Positions 30,201 through 38,345 of a stretch of 64,000 bases of DNA are shown here, piece by piece. This DNA is from an uncultured Chloroflexia bacterium (GTDB lineage Bacteria; Chloroflexota; Limnocylindria; Limnocylindrales; CSP1-4). The notes below the pieces were generated by a model. That model worked only from the letters and a program-made list of their open reading frames with translations, was not told where the DNA came from and did no database searches. The stretch is taken from positions 160,001-224,000 of the forward strand of contig CAVYIM010000004.1 in assembly GCA_963768655.1 (NCBI GenBank), read 5' to 3'. Position numbers and translations under genes: made by a program. Position 1 is the first letter of the stretch. Each line of letters begins with the position of its first letter.

Positions 30201-33200
30201 ATCACTGGCTACGTTGCCATCTCTGATCCCGACGGAGACACGTGCTCGACGACCGGCGCCACCAGCTGCATGGTGACCGGGCTCACCAACGGCCAGGGAT
30301 ACACGTTCACTGTCCTGGCTGCCAATGACGTCGGAGTCAGCGATCCGTCGGATCCTTCCACCTCCGTGACACCCGACGCCGTGCCCGATCCACCAACAGA
30401 CGTGATCGCCACCGCCGGCGACTCGTCCGCCAGCGTCACATGGTCGGCCCCATCCGACAACGGGACCATCATCACCGCCTACACGGTCACGAGCTCGCCC
30501 GATGGCTGGACCTGCGCCACTACGGACGAGCTCACCTGCGTTGTGACCGACCTGTCCAACGGCACGGCCTACACCTTCACCGTAACCGCATCGAGTGACG
30601 CCGGGCCTGGCCTGCCATCGGCGCCTTCGGCCCCGATCACGCCGGCCGCGCTCCCCGACGCACCTACAGATGTGACTGCCGCGCCAGGCAATGGTTCAGC
30701 CCTGGTGAGCTGGACCGCACCCTCGGACAACGGCTCTCCGATCACTGGCTACACCGTGACAAGCTCGCCTGACGGCAAGACCTGCGCCTGGACAAGCGGG
30801 CCACTCTCCTGCGCCGTGACCGGCCTCACAAACGGGACCGCCTACAGCTTCACCGTAACCGCGACCAACGGTGTCGGGACGGGCTCTTCTTCTGCGGCGT
30901 CGAGCAAGGTCACTCCCGCCACTGCGCCGGGTGCACCGACGGGAGTGAGCGGTGTCCGCGGGAACGGCTCGGTTCTGGTTTCCTGGACCGCGCCGGCATC
31001 AGATGGTGGCGCCGCCATCACGCTCTACACCGTGACGTCGTCGCCGGGCTCGAAGACCTGTACCTGGGCGACGGGGTCGCTCTCCTGCACCGTCACCGGA
31101 CTCACCAACGGCACCGCCTACACCTTCACCGTGACGGCGACTAACGGCGTCGGCACCGGTCTAGCCTCGGCCGCCTCGAACAGCGTCACCCCGGCCACGG
31201 TGCCGGGGGCGCCGACTGCCGTGGCCGCCACCCGCGGAAACGCCTCGGCGGTGGTCTCCTGGACCGCGCCAGCATCGAATGGCGGCAGCGTCATCACGCT
31301 CTACACCGTGACAAGCTCGCCCGACGGCAAGACCTGTACATGGACGAGCGGGCCGCTCTCCTGCACCGTGTCCGGCCTGACCAACGGCACCGCCTACACC
31401 TTCACCGTAACCGCCACCAACGGCGTCGGTACAGGGGCCCTGTCTACCGCTTCGGCATCGGTCACTCCTGCCACGGTGCCCGGCGCTCCCACCGGCGTGA
31501 CGGCCACGCGAGGGAACGCCTCGGCTCTCGTGTCCTGGACTGCTCCAGGCTCGAATGGTGGAGTTGCCATCACCGGCTACGCCGTGACGTCCACTCCTGA
31601 CTCGAAGACGTGCACCTGGACCACCGGTGCTCTCTCCTGCACCGTGTCGGGCCTGACCAACGGCACGGCCTACACCTTCAGCGTGACCGCCACCAACAGC
31701 GTCGGGACCGGTCTGGCCTCGGCCGCCTCGAACAGCGTCACTCCGGCCACCGTGCCCGGTGCGCCCACCGCGGTCAGTGCCACCCGGGGCAACGCAGCCG
31801 CCACTGTCTCCTGGAGCGCGCCAGCCTCAACTGGCGGCAGCGCCATCACTGCCTACACCGTGACAAGCTCCACTGGGTCGAAGACCTGCACCACCGCCGG
31901 TGCCGTCAGCTGCACCGTCACCGGACTCACCAACGGCACCGCCTACACCTTCACCGTGACGGCGACTAACGGCGTCGGCACCGGCGCTGCGTCCGCCGCT
32001 TCGGCGTCGGTGACACCGGCCACCTTCCCAGGCGCTCCCACCGCCGCGACCGCGACGCGCGGCAACACGTCTGCCACCGTGTCCTGGACGGCAGGGGCGA
32101 CCAATGGCGCGGCGATCTCTGCTTATCAGGTGATCGCCAAGCCGGAGGGTGAATCCTGTACCACCACCGGTGCTCTCTCCTGTACCGTGTCGGGTCTGAC
32201 CAACGGCACCGCCTACACCTTCACCGTAACCGCCACCAACAGCGTCGGGACCGGTCTGGCCTCGGCCGCCTCGAACAGCGTCACTCCGGCCACCGTGCCT
32301 GGTGCACCGACGGCCGTCACCGTCACCCGCGGCAACGCCGCGGTGCTCGTGTCCTGGACCGCCCCGTCAGCCAACGGCAGTCCCATCACCGCCTACACGG
32401 TCACGAGCTCCACTGGCTCCAAGACCTGTACCACCACCGGTGCTCTCTCCTGCACCGTGTCCGGCCTGACCAACGGCACCGCCTACACCTTCACCGTCAA
32501 GGCCACCAACAGCGTCGGTACAGGGGCCGCGTCGGCGGCCTCCGCATCGGTGACACCCACGACCGTGCCCGGCTCACCGACGGCCGCCACGGCCGTCCGA
32601 GGCAACGCCGCGGCTGCCGTGTCCTGGACCGCCCCGTCGGTCACCGGCTCCAGCTCGATAACCGGCTACACCGTCACCAGTTCGCCTGGCTCCAAGACCT
32701 GTACCACCACCGGTGCTCTCTCCTGTACCGTGTCGGGTCTGACCAACGGCACCGCCTACACCTTCACCGTAACCGCCACCAACAGCGTCGGGACCGGTCT
32801 GGCCTCGGCCGCCTCGAACAGCGTCACTCCGGCCACCGTGCCTGGTGCACCGACGGCCGTCACCGTCACCCGCGGCAACGCCGCGGTGCTCGTGTCCTGG
32901 ACCGCCCCGTCAGCCAACGGCAGTCCCATCACCGCCTACACGGTCACGAGCTCCACTGGCTCCAAGACCTGTACCACCACCGGTGCTCTCTCCTGCACCG
33001 TGTCCGGCCTGACCAACGGCACCGCCTACACCTTCACCGTCAAGGCCACCAACAGCGTCGGTACAGGGGCCGCGTCGGCGGCCTCCGCATCGGTGACACC
33101 CACGACCGTGCCCGGCTCACCGACGGCCGCCACGGCCGTCCGAGGCAACGCCGCGGCTGCCGTGTCCTGGACCGCCCCGTCGGTCACCGGCTCCAGCTCG

Positions 33201-34289
33201 ATAACCGGCTACACCGTCACCAGTTCGCCTGGCTCCAAGACCTGTACCACCACCGGTGCTCTCTCCTGTACCGTGTCGGGTCTGACCAACGGCACGGCCT
33301 ACACCTTCACCGTAACCGCCACCAACAGCGTCGGGACCGGTCTGGCCTCGGCCGCCTCGAACAGCGTCACTCCGGCCACCGTGCCTGGTGCACCGACGGC
33401 CGTCACCGTCACCCGCGGCAACGCCGCGGTGCTCGTGTCCTGGACCGCCCCGTCAGCCAACGGCAGTCCCATCACCGCCTACACGGTCACGAGCTCCACT
33501 GGCTCCAAGACCTGTACCACCACCGGTGCTCTCTCCTGCACCGTGTCCGGCCTGACCAACGGCACCGCCTACACCTTCACCGTCAAGGCCACCAACAGCG
33601 TCGGTACAGGGGCCGCGTCGGCGGCCTCCGCATCGGTGACACCCACGACCGTGCCCGGCTCACCGACGGCCGCCACGGCCGTCCGAGGCAACGCCGCGGC
33701 TGCCGTGTCCTGGACCGCCCCGTCGGTCACCGGCTCCAGCTCGATAACCGGCTACACCGTCACCAGTTCGCCTGGCTCCAAGACCTGTACCACCACCGGT
33801 GCTCTCTCCTGTACCGTGTCGGGTCTGACCAACGGCACGGCCTACACCTTCACCGTAACCGCCACCAACAGCGTCGGGACCGGTCTGGCCTCGGCCGCCT
33901 CGAACAGCGTCACTCCGGCCACCGTGCCTGGTGCACCGACGGCCGTCACCGTCACCCGCGGCAACGCCGCGGTGCTCGTGTCCTGGACCGCCCCGTCAGC
34001 CAACGGCAGTCCCATCACCGCCTACACGGTCACGAGCTCCACTGGCTCCAAGACCTGTACCACCACCGGTGCTCTCTCCTGCACCGTGTCCGGCCTGACC
34101 AACGGCACCGCCTACACCTTCACCGTCAAGGCCACCAACGCCCTGGGCACGGGAGCCGCCTCGGCCGCATCGGCCTCGGTGACACCCACGACCGCCGCGG
34201 TCACGTCGTCTTCAGAGCTCGGAACCGGACCGGCGACCACAGACCCGGGGCAGACAGCGGGTCGCCCGCGGACGGACTCTCGGCTCTGA
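21294..34289 (+). CDS. Giant secreted RHS/YD-repeat protein with crystallin-like, Kelch-like propeller and FN3 domains (4331 aa)
   Basis: GGAGGAGG RBS and a signal-peptide-like N-terminus. DUF6531-like 'ARTYNS...GPFGYGW', many YD repeats, and RHS core '[19 protein letters not shown]...[18 protein letters not shown]' (DPSG at 24687-24698). Then a crystallin-like domain, 3 propeller repeats and 21 FN3 domains. Confidence 0.93.
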   Translation: MLARRPALAVAAAVLLLGGLPLSGIVPSRVLAGASTTPVSRSIDGMEDSGQPSSSSTHDVSLSTPWTVFDTDVDVVGGNLSFAQQDLTIPSIGFATTVARTYNSAAANVNGPFGYGWFWTYGLSVAAASGGVDVARADGRVDFYASNSSGYTPPAGIYDTLADTAGGGWTLTLVDQMVYTFAADGSLTSESDPNGNTATLAYTNGLVSSLTDTAGRTWTFIAAPDGVHVGEVDDPAGRKVDYSYSTAGDLVGVTDATGASETLAYVSHDLTSLTDANGNATTYVYNSGGSVASVTDALSHATSFAYNPGSLRTTVTDPRGNSHSYSYDPTSRVTVLTDALGASEYWTWDSSNDRISVMDRRADVTSYAYDAAGNITGVTDANGGTASAAYDADNHPLSRTDALGRTTTYGYDGNGNLTSITDPNSGVTAYGYDSYGERTSSTDADHNTTTYGYDAVGNLTSVSDALSETTTYEYDSAGRQTRITDPDGRITRFTYDALGRELSTTDGAGGVTSWTYDAVGNRLTQRDPDGNVTHFAYDAANHLISTTDALGHITTLGYDANGNRTSAADPLGDTTTTQYDLDNRATKVIDPNSHATTTAYDAVGNRASVTDANGHITSFTYDRLNRLVGVTDPAGGHAAYTYDAVGNMTNVTDPNGHTTTTTYDVLNRAVSEIDPLTHVQSSTYDAVGNLLTQTDANGVTTSYAYDAANRLLSATYAEGGVSYTYDGAGDQVSVTDAGGTTSYTYDGARRLLTNTSNAGTVSATTVTYTYDAAGNLKSLQNPDGTTTHYGYDADNRQASVTDSNGHVSSFGYDNAGRRITEDLPNGTHGVWAYDAASQVTSITWTGPASQTLSTIKYSYDPVGNKTEIDDNSGKNGFSYDALDRLVSASYGGRGVNVTYAYDPAGNRTSMTVSGITTTYTYDAANRLLSVNGSQVTSDGNGNVLVLGSQSFAYDSRNRLVEAVTGSVTEHFAYDGADQRASTSVNGAATSYAYDEHGQLAQVVTESGSAASHVYGLDGQVLWDVSSDQGTTYYQQDAMGSTTMLTAADGSVSGTRYYDAFGSPVSAQVGSGSYWYDGQQYDENSGLIYLRARYYDAALGRFLSPDTATPDYADTQSLNQYVFAQNNPLRFEDPSGKFLQVLLGAAIGAAVGATADVGMTLLTDYVSNGGHFSDDLGAKVAGAAVSGAIEGGIDVGLATATGGASLVAGSLGSGVADAAGYATTAALDEYFYHKPTTTSDLVTGIAVHGVLGMAEGGLSQGIADRLVPNTSSVLNSLVSGTVSGLFEGVEGYFENPTALAPGELASPAGGQWRGFGAGGGGAAWGSGGVSGGGGAYVPATFSPTPPTMPEPSGPVVLVCDGANFSPSCVDLAPGAYADLSVFGMDKRITSFRASGYQVTLFDQLNFGGNATYYSGDVAQLAAGLDNTARSIRILPVASGSWSQVTPSGLIPLARYGGVSVWDPTDKVQLVFGGNGSGIGFLNDMWAYSPAASTWSQLLPASGSPTTSFGYYARGAWDSADGELLLWGNDCTSTCVSQLWSFVPSTRIWTKLSPTGTAPGAGYPVVWDTVGKRLLVVDSSGNVTAYSPTTNAWAALTTGTTKPSNNLGVAWDSTDGIVLQFGGGRSCNNGNCNDLWAYSPVAGTWTQLTATNPPGLRSNEQLVWDSVHNQLLVVDGSSYINGISTYYDDVWAYSVAQSRWQQLTVSGTHPAARWYADLVFDPTDDIALLFGGSSSTTSFLGDLSAYQPTALTLPTGPISGAPNAWSPAPTITSPLARYGGVSVWDPTDKVQLVFGGNGSGIGFLNDMWAYSPAASTWSQLLPASGSPTTSFGYYARGAWDSADGELLLWGNDCTSTCVSQLWSFVPSTRIWTKLSPTGTAPGAGYPVVWDTVGKRLLVVDSSGNVTAYSPTTNAWAALTTGTTKPSNNLGVAWDSTDGIVLQFGGGRSCNNGNCNDLWAYSPVAGTWTQLTATNPPGLRSNEQLVWDSVHNQLLVVDGSSYINGISTYYDDVWAYSVAQSRWQQLTVSGTHPAARWYADLVFDPTDDIALLFGGSSSTTSFLGDLSAYQPTALTLPTGPISGAPNAWSPAPTITSPLARYGGVSVWDPTDKVQLVFGGNGSGIGFLNDMWAYSPAASTWSQLLPASGSPTTSFGYYARGAWDSADGELLLWGNDCTSTCVSQLWSFVPSTRIWTKLSPTGTAPGAGYPVVWDTVGKRLLVVDSSGNVTAYSPTTNAWAALTTGTTKPSNNLGVAWDSTDGIVLQFGGGRSCNNGNCNDLWAYSPVAGTWTQLTATNPPGLRSNEQLVWDSVHNQLLVVDGSSYINGISTYYDDVWAYSVAQSRWQQLTVSGTHPAARWYADLVFDPTDDIALLFGGSSSTTSFLGDLSAYQPVGMPGAPSGVVATRGNTTASISWVAPVWTGGTPITGYTVTSAPAGLTCTTTGATTCTVSGLSNGTSYTFTVTATNLMGTGPASAPSAAVIPATLPAAPTGATAQRGNASALVSWTAPSSTGGIPITGYTATSYPGGLTCATTGATSCTVSGLTNGTSYAFTVAATNDVGTGPASAASSPVIPAALPGPPTGVAATSGPTSASVMWTAPAVTGGSPITGYTVTSLPGAKTCTTTGAKTCTVTGLTNGTAYTFTVTATNLVGTGLPSAPSAAVTPLGPPAAPTGATATRGNASAVVFWTAPSDNGASPITGYTVTSSPDSQTCTWTSGPLSCTVMGLTNGTAYTFTVTATNSVGTGPASSPSAAVTPATTPDPPSGVTGTRGNTSVLVSWTAPYSGGSPITGYTVTSSPYSQNCTSTGATMCTVTGLTNGQAYTFTVTATNAVGTGPASASSDPVTPATLPGAPSGVIVAPADAAVTAWWTAPSSDGASPITGYTVTSSPGGLTCTTTGDLTCTVTGLTNGQPYTFTVTATNDVGVGPASAASLAVTPVTVPDVPTGVAATRGNGEVLVSWTAPADTGGLPITGYVAISDPDGDTCSTTGATSCMVTGLTNGQGYTFTVLAANDVGVSDPSDPSTSVTPDAVPDPPTDVIATAGDSSASVTWSAPSDNGTIITAYTVTSSPDGWTCATTDELTCVVTDLSNGTAYTFTVTASSDAGPGLPSAPSAPITPAALPDAPTDVTAAPGNGSALVSWTAPSDNGSPITGYTVTSSPDGKTCAWTSGPLSCAVTGLTNGTAYSFTVTATNGVGTGSSSAASSKVTPATAPGAPTGVSGVRGNGSVLVSWTAPASDGGAAITLYTVTSSPGSKTCTWATGSLSCTVTGLTNGTAYTFTVTATNGVGTGLASAASNSVTPATVPGAPTAVAATRGNASAVVSWTAPASNGGSVITLYTVTSSPDGKTCTWTSGPLSCTVSGLTNGTAYTFTVTATNGVGTGALSTASASVTPATVPGAPTGVTATRGNASALVSWTAPGSNGGVAITGYAVTSTPDSKTCTWTTGALSCTVSGLTNGTAYTFSVTATNSVGTGLASAASNSVTPATVPGAPTAVSATRGNAAATVSWSAPASTGGSAITAYTVTSSTGSKTCTTAGAVSCTVTGLTNGTAYTFTVTATNGVGTGAASAASASVTPATFPGAPTAATATRGNTSATVSWTAGATNGAAISAYQVIAKPEGESCTTTGALSCTVSGLTNGTAYTFTVTATNSVGTGLASAASNSVTPATVPGAPTAVTVTRGNAAVLVSWTAPSANGSPITAYTVTSSTGSKTCTTTGALSCTVSGLTNGTAYTFTVKATNSVGTGAASAASASVTPTTVPGSPTAATAVRGNAAAAVSWTAPSVTGSSSITGYTVTSSPGSKTCTTTGALSCTVSGLTNGTAYTFTVTATNSVGTGLASAASNSVTPATVPGAPTAVTVTRGNAAVLVSWTAPSANGSPITAYTVTSSTGSKTCTTTGALSCTVSGLTNGTAYTFTVKATNSVGTGAASAASASVTPTTVPGSPTAATAVRGNAAAAVSWTAPSVTGSSSITGYTVTSSPGSKTCTTTGALSCTVSGLTNGTAYTFTVTATNSVGTGLASAASNSVTPATVPGAPTAVTVTRGNAAVLVSWTAPSANGSPITAYTVTSSTGSKTCTTTGALSCTVSGLTNGTAYTFTVKATNSVGTGAASAASASVTPTTVPGSPTAATAVRGNAAAAVSWTAPSVTGSSSITGYTVTSSPGSKTCTTTGALSCTVSGLTNGTAYTFTVTATNSVGTGLASAASNSVTPATVPGAPTAVTVTRGNAAVLVSWTAPSANGSPITAYTVTSSTGSKTCTTTGALSCTVSGLTNGTAYTFTVKATNALGTGAASAASASVTPTTAAVTSSSELGTGPATTDPGQTAGRPRTDSRL
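25641..28463 (+). repeat. 966-bp (322-aa) direct tandem repeat, ~2.9 copies, encoding Kelch-like beta-propellers
   Basis: CCTCTCGCCCGCTACGG begins at 25641, 26607 and 27573; copies look nucleotide-identical. Blades carry Kelch-like 'FGG...NDxWAY' motifs. Confidence 0.95.
32155..34139 (+). repeat. 543-bp (two-FN3, 181-aa) tandem repeat, ~3.7 copies
   Basis: TCACTCCGGCCACCGTG recurs at 32281, 32824, 33367 and 33910; near-identical copies. Confidence 0.93.
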
Positions 34290-34332
34290 CCCCAGGGCTG
34301 TTGGCGGTCGCCCGAGGGCTTGCGTAGGCTCG

Positions 34333-36927
34333 TCAGTCCAGCTCCAGCGACGCCCGCAGGCGGATATCGCGCGAGGAGGCACCGACCAGGATCTCGAACC
34401 GGCCGGGCTCGATTCGCCAGCCGCCGCCGGCTTCGTCCCAGTAGGCCAGATCGCGGTCCTGGAGAGCGAAGGAGACGTCGACGCTCTCGCCCGGCGCCAG
34501 GTGCACTGCCGTGAAGCCCTTCAGCTCGCGCGGCGGGCGCGGGACCGACGACTCCAGGTCGGCGACGTAGACCTGCACCACTTCCTTGCCGGGGCGGCCA
34601 CCCGCGTTGCGCAGCCGAACCTTCAGCTGGGCCGAGTCACCGGCGGGCAGGCCGTCGGCGGTGACTTCGAGCGACTCGAACTCGATGCGGGCGTAGCCCA
34701 GGCCGTGCCCGAAGCAGAACCTCGGTTCGATCCCCGCGATGTCGAAGTGGCGGTAGCCCAGGTTGACGCCCTCGGCATAGACCAGTTCCTCCCGCTCGCC
34801 CGGCATCGTGCTGAGCGCGGGATAGTCGCATTCGCGGACGGCGATCGTGAAGGGCAGCCGCCCGCCCGGCTCGGCGGCGCCGAGCAGTACGTCGGCGAGG
34901 GCGCTGCCGAATTCCTGGCCCGGCAGCCAGGCGTACAGGACGGCAGCGACTCGATCTGCCCAGGGCAGATCCATCGGGCAGCCGGCGTTGACGACGACGA
35001 CGGTCCTGCGGTTGGCCGCGGCGACGCGCTCGACGAGCTCGTTCTGGCGGCCGGGTAGCGTGACGGTCGTGCGGTCGCGGCCCTCGGATTCCCAGTGCTC
35101 GTCGTTGCCGACGACGACGATCGCCACGTCTGCCGTGGCGGCCGCGGCGGCGGCTCGCTCCAGCTGGTCCGCCGCCTGCGGAGGACGGCAGCCGATGTTG
35201 AGCTGGTACGGGGAGTGAGTCGCCGAATGAATCTCGGCTTCGATGAGCACCGGCTCGCCGGCTCGAAGCTCGAATGTGCCGCCGTCCCGGCTGCCTTCGA
35301 ACAGGGCCGTCGGGATGTCGGCCGCGGGACGGGCGTCCCAGAGGTCCGCCGCCACGACACCACCAACCTTCAGCCGCCGGCCGCCGAATCCGCGCAGCTC
35401 GATGTCGTGCGGACCGCTCTCGGACGGAGTGAGCCGGCAGGACAGGCGCACGGCGAAGTCGTCGGCCGCGATGCCGTGGGGCAGGTCGCCGAATATGTGC
35501 AGCTCGCTCGAGTCGACATGCCAGCTGGCGACAGGATCGCCGGCCGGCTCCTGGCCGTGGAAGAACTCGACCGTGAGGCCGGGCTGGCCGTGGAGGTCGC
35601 GCACGTCCATCGCGCTCAACGGCGGCAGGAACAGGTCGATGTGGCAGCCCGGTTCGTGGACTATCTCGGCTCCCGGGAGCGCGGCCCGCAGCCCCTCGAT
35701 CGGAGTCACCGTGGGCGGGGCGGCGATGTTGGCCGCACCGCCTCCCTGGGCGCACGGTTTGGAGGCGTTGGGCCCGATGACCGCCAGCTTGCGGATGCCG
35801 GCCGGAGCGAGCGGCAAGGTGCCGTCGTTGGTCAGCAGCACGAACGACTCGGCGGCGGCCCGGCGCACGAGGGCCGAAGCCGCGGCGTCGGACAGGTGCC
35901 AGGGCTGCTCGGGATCGAGCGGCGCGTTGCCGGGGCCGGAGCCGGCGAGCGGCCGCGCGCCCGCGCCCTCGGCCCGCGCGCGGGCGCCCTCGGCCCGCGC
36001 GCCCACGCGACCGGCGCCCCCCGAGGCTCCACCTCCGACCAGTGCCCCGACGCGCGCCGCGAGCAACAGTATCCGGCGTGCCTTGTCGTTCAGGACCGCT
36101 TCGCTCACCTCGCCCCGCCTGACCGCCTCGCCCAGCACCGGGCCCAAGAAGCGGGCAGGACCGGGCATCTCCAGGTCCAGTCCGGCCAGGGCTCCGGCGA
36201 CGGTGTCGTCGGCGGCGTGCCAGTCGGACATCAGCACGCCGTCCCAGCCCCACTCGCCCTTCAGAATCTCGCGGACCAGGTGATCGTGATCGACGCAGTG
36301 GACTCCGTTGACGAGGTTGTAGGCGGCCATGATCGACCACGCCCCGGCGTTCGCGGCGGCCTCGAAGGGGACCAGGTAGACCTCGCGCAAGGTCCTCTCG
36401 TCGACCCGGCAGTCGACCGAGGTGCGGTGGGTCTCGGATTCGTTGGCGACGAAGTGCTTAGGCGTGGCGGCCACTCCCGCCGACTGCATTCCCGCGACGT
36501 AGGCGGCGCCGAGCACGGCGGCCAGAACCGGATCCTCGGAGTACGCCTCGAAATCCCGGCCGCCCAGCGGTGAGCGGACGAGGTTGAGCACCGGCCCCAG
36601 CATGTAGTGGACGCCGGCCCGCTTCGCCTCGGCGCCGATCCGGGCCGCGACCTCGCGGACCAGATCCACGTCCCAGGTCGCGCCGAGGGCAGTGCCGCAC
36701 GGCGTGCACGTGGCCGTCGAACCGGCCGGGAAGGTCATGCCCCGAGCGCCGTTCGGGCCGTCCAGCGTGACCATCGGCGCGAGGCCGATCGAGGGCGCGC
36801 CGCACGGGTGCCAGGCGTCGACCCCGCCCGTCAACGCGGCCTTCTCCTTTATGCCGAGAGCCCCCAGGAGCTCTTCCAGGCGTTCGGGGCTGATCGGGCT
36901 GTCGGGAGCGGGGCGGGCGACCTGCAT
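34333..36927 (-). CDS. Beta-glucosidase, GH3 with PA14-like insertion and C-terminal FN3-like domain
   Basis: DGPNGARG, GGRDFEAYSEDP, KHFVANE, MSDW nucleophile, ESEGRDR, FGHGL, GKEVVQVY; likely start MQVARP at 36927 with GAGGA RBS. Confidence 0.92.
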   Translation of the reverse strand: MQVARPAPDSPISPERLEELLGALGIKEKAALTGGVDAWHPCGAPSIGLAPMVTLDGPNGARGMTFPAGSTATCTPCGTALGATWDVDLVREVAARIGAEAKRAGVHYMLGPVLNLVRSPLGGRDFEAYSEDPVLAAVLGAAYVAGMQSAGVAATPKHFVANESETHRTSVDCRVDERTLREVYLVPFEAAANAGAWSIMAAYNLVNGVHCVDHDHLVREILKGEWGWDGVLMSDWHAADDTVAGALAGLDLEMPGPARFLGPVLGEAVRRGEVSEAVLNDKARRILLLAARVGALVGGGASGGAGRVGARAEGARARAEGAGARPLAGSGPGNAPLDPEQPWHLSDAAASALVRRAAAESFVLLTNDGTLPLAPAGIRKLAVIGPNASKPCAQGGGAANIAAPPTVTPIEGLRAALPGAEIVHEPGCHIDLFLPPLSAMDVRDLHGQPGLTVEFFHGQEPAGDPVASWHVDSSELHIFGDLPHGIAADDFAVRLSCRLTPSESGPHDIELRGFGGRRLKVGGVVAADLWDARPAADIPTALFEGSRDGGTFELRAGEPVLIEAEIHSATHSPYQLNIGCRPPQAADQLERAAAAAATADVAIVVVGNDEHWESEGRDRTTVTLPGRQNELVERVAAANRRTVVVVNAGCPMDLPWADRVAAVLYAWLPGQEFGSALADVLLGAAEPGGRLPFTIAVRECDYPALSTMPGEREELVYAEGVNLGYRHFDIAGIEPRFCFGHGLGYARIEFESLEVTADGLPAGDSAQLKVRLRNAGGRPGKEVVQVYVADLESSVPRPPRELKGFTAVHLAPGESVDVSFALQDRDLAYWDEAGGGWRIEPGRFEILVGASSRDIRLRASLELD

Positions 36928-37063
36928 GACTTGTCCTCGTGCGGGCTCTGGCGTGGCGAAATCGTAGCCCAGCGGTGGCAGGGTGGTCGACTGGGGGTGG
37001 TCGCCGCCACGGGCGTGGCCTAACCTTGTGCGGCGTCCAGCGCAGGCAGGAAAGGGGCGGGGC

Positions 37064-37258
37064 ATGGCGACGGCGAAGAATGTACCGGGCAACGGTGGAG
37101 CTGCCGAAGATACGCCGACCGCCGACGCGGCCGCCACCGGCATCGCGGCGGGTCCCGAGGATCCGGGCGGCTGGTTCTGGGCCGTGCCGGCGGGGCTGTC
37201 GGTGCTCGGGCTGCTCTGGATGGTGCGCGGGCGCCGTCGCAGCCGCTGCCGCGGATGA
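37064..37258 (+). CDS. Small (64 aa) single-pass membrane protein, unknown function
   Basis: ATG at 37064 after AGGAAAGGGG; WFWAVPAGLSVLGLLWMV hydrophobic helix plus RGRRRSR tail; stop overlaps the next ATG (ATGA). Confidence 0.5.
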   Translation: MATAKNVPGNGGAAEDTPTADAAATGIAAGPEDPGGWFWAVPAGLSVLGLLWMVRGRRRSRCRG

Positions 37259-38259
37259 GCAACCCCGAAGCCGGCGCCGGGGCGGCCGCCGCCGAGGCAT
37301 CCGTCGCCGCCGGCTCGACAGCCGAACGCCCGACGGCCGAACAGCGGACGATCGAACACGCGACGGCCGAGAGCCCGCCAACCTCGATGCGGCCGATCGA
37401 CCGCCTGATCGACCGGCTCCGCATCTACCGCGCGCCGACCGTGCTGGGCCTCTCGGGTGTCGGCGTCGTGTTCCTTGGCTGGCTTCTCCTGGTCGTCGGA
37501 CCGGAGAAGGGGACCACGGGCTTCGATGCCTTCGCCTACTGGGCCGTCTCGCCGTGGCATCCGTATGCGACGCCGCTCGGCGATGTTGGCTCGTTCACGT
37601 ACACGCCGGCCGTGGCCCTGTTCTTCGCGCCGGTCCACAACCTCATGTTCGGCGCGTTCTACGTGCTCTGGGCCGGCTTCCTCGCGGCGAACCTCGTCTG
37701 GCTGACACGGCGCCACGCTCTCATGTGGCTGGCGTTCATCCCGGTGTCTCTCGAGCTGTACGAAGCCAACGTCCACCTGCTGCTCGCGACCGTCTGTGTG
37801 CTCGGGTTCGAGTACCCGGGCCTGTGGTCGATCGGCATTCTGACCAAGGTCACGCCGGGTATCTCACTGCTGTGGTTCGTGGTTCGCAAGGAGTGGCGGT
37901 CGCTGGCCCTCGCCCTCGGAACCACGGCCGCGATTGGCGTCGTTTCGTTCGCCATCGCCCCGAGCGCGTGGTTCGATTGGGTCACGTTCCTGACCAGCTC
38001 CAGTTCCACGGGGCCAGTCGAGAATGCCTCCTACCAGTGGTTGATTCCGCCGCTGGTCCTTCGCCTGGCGGTCGCGGCGGCCCTGATCGTCTGGGGCGCG
38101 CGGACCGATCGACGCTGGGTCGTGCCCGTAGCGACGGTGCTGGCGATGCCCGTCCTGTGGATCACCTCGCCCGCGGTCCTGGTGGCAATTCCGCGGCTGC
38201 GCCGGCTGCGCACCGCGCCGGCGCCCCAGGGCCACCTCGAATCGGCGAGCTCTGCGTAG
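37255..38259 (+). CDS. GT-C fold membrane glycosyltransferase, family 87 (DUF2029)-like
   Basis: 'GFDAFAYW...FTYTP', 'EANVHLL', 'LTKVTPG..LLWF..RKEWR', multi-TM. Confidence 0.72.
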   Translation: MSNPEAGAGAAAAEASVAAGSTAERPTAEQRTIEHATAESPPTSMRPIDRLIDRLRIYRAPTVLGLSGVGVVFLGWLLLVVGPEKGTTGFDAFAYWAVSPWHPYATPLGDVGSFTYTPAVALFFAPVHNLMFGAFYVLWAGFLAANLVWLTRRHALMWLAFIPVSLELYEANVHLLLATVCVLGFEYPGLWSIGILTKVTPGISLLWFVVRKEWRSLALALGTTAAIGVVSFAIAPSAWFDWVTFLTSSSSTGPVENASYQWLIPPLVLRLAVAAALIVWGARTDRRWVVPVATVLAMPVLWITSPAVLVAIPRLRRLRTAPAPQGHLESASSA

Positions 38260-38345
38260 CGGACCTACAATCCGACTCGCCGTCCCGCCAGAATGCCCGC
38301 CGGCCGCGCCGGGGTGGGTGCACGAATCGACAGCAGGGTAGCCAC

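Noticed and set aside
20776-34330. RHS gene as part of an integrative or mobile element
   Set aside because: No integrase, transposase, tRNA attachment site or flanking direct repeats were seen; only the small inverted-repeat element on one side.
34290-34514. Immunity gene downstream of the RHS protein (64-aa ORF 34320-34514)
   Set aside because: It lies almost wholly antisense to the GH3 3' end, has an Arg/Pro-rich shadow composition and no RBS.
36939-38345. 1417-aa ORF suggesting a long N-terminal extension on the MMPL; likewise the extended GH3 (to 37776), cimA (from 45628), ilvN (from 43044), leuC (to 20751) and padR (to 18282) ORFs
   Set aside because: The extensions are Arg/Pro-rich read-through of alternative frames overlapping real genes or repeats; family-typical starts lie downstream, most with a clear RBS or a coupled start/stop overlap.
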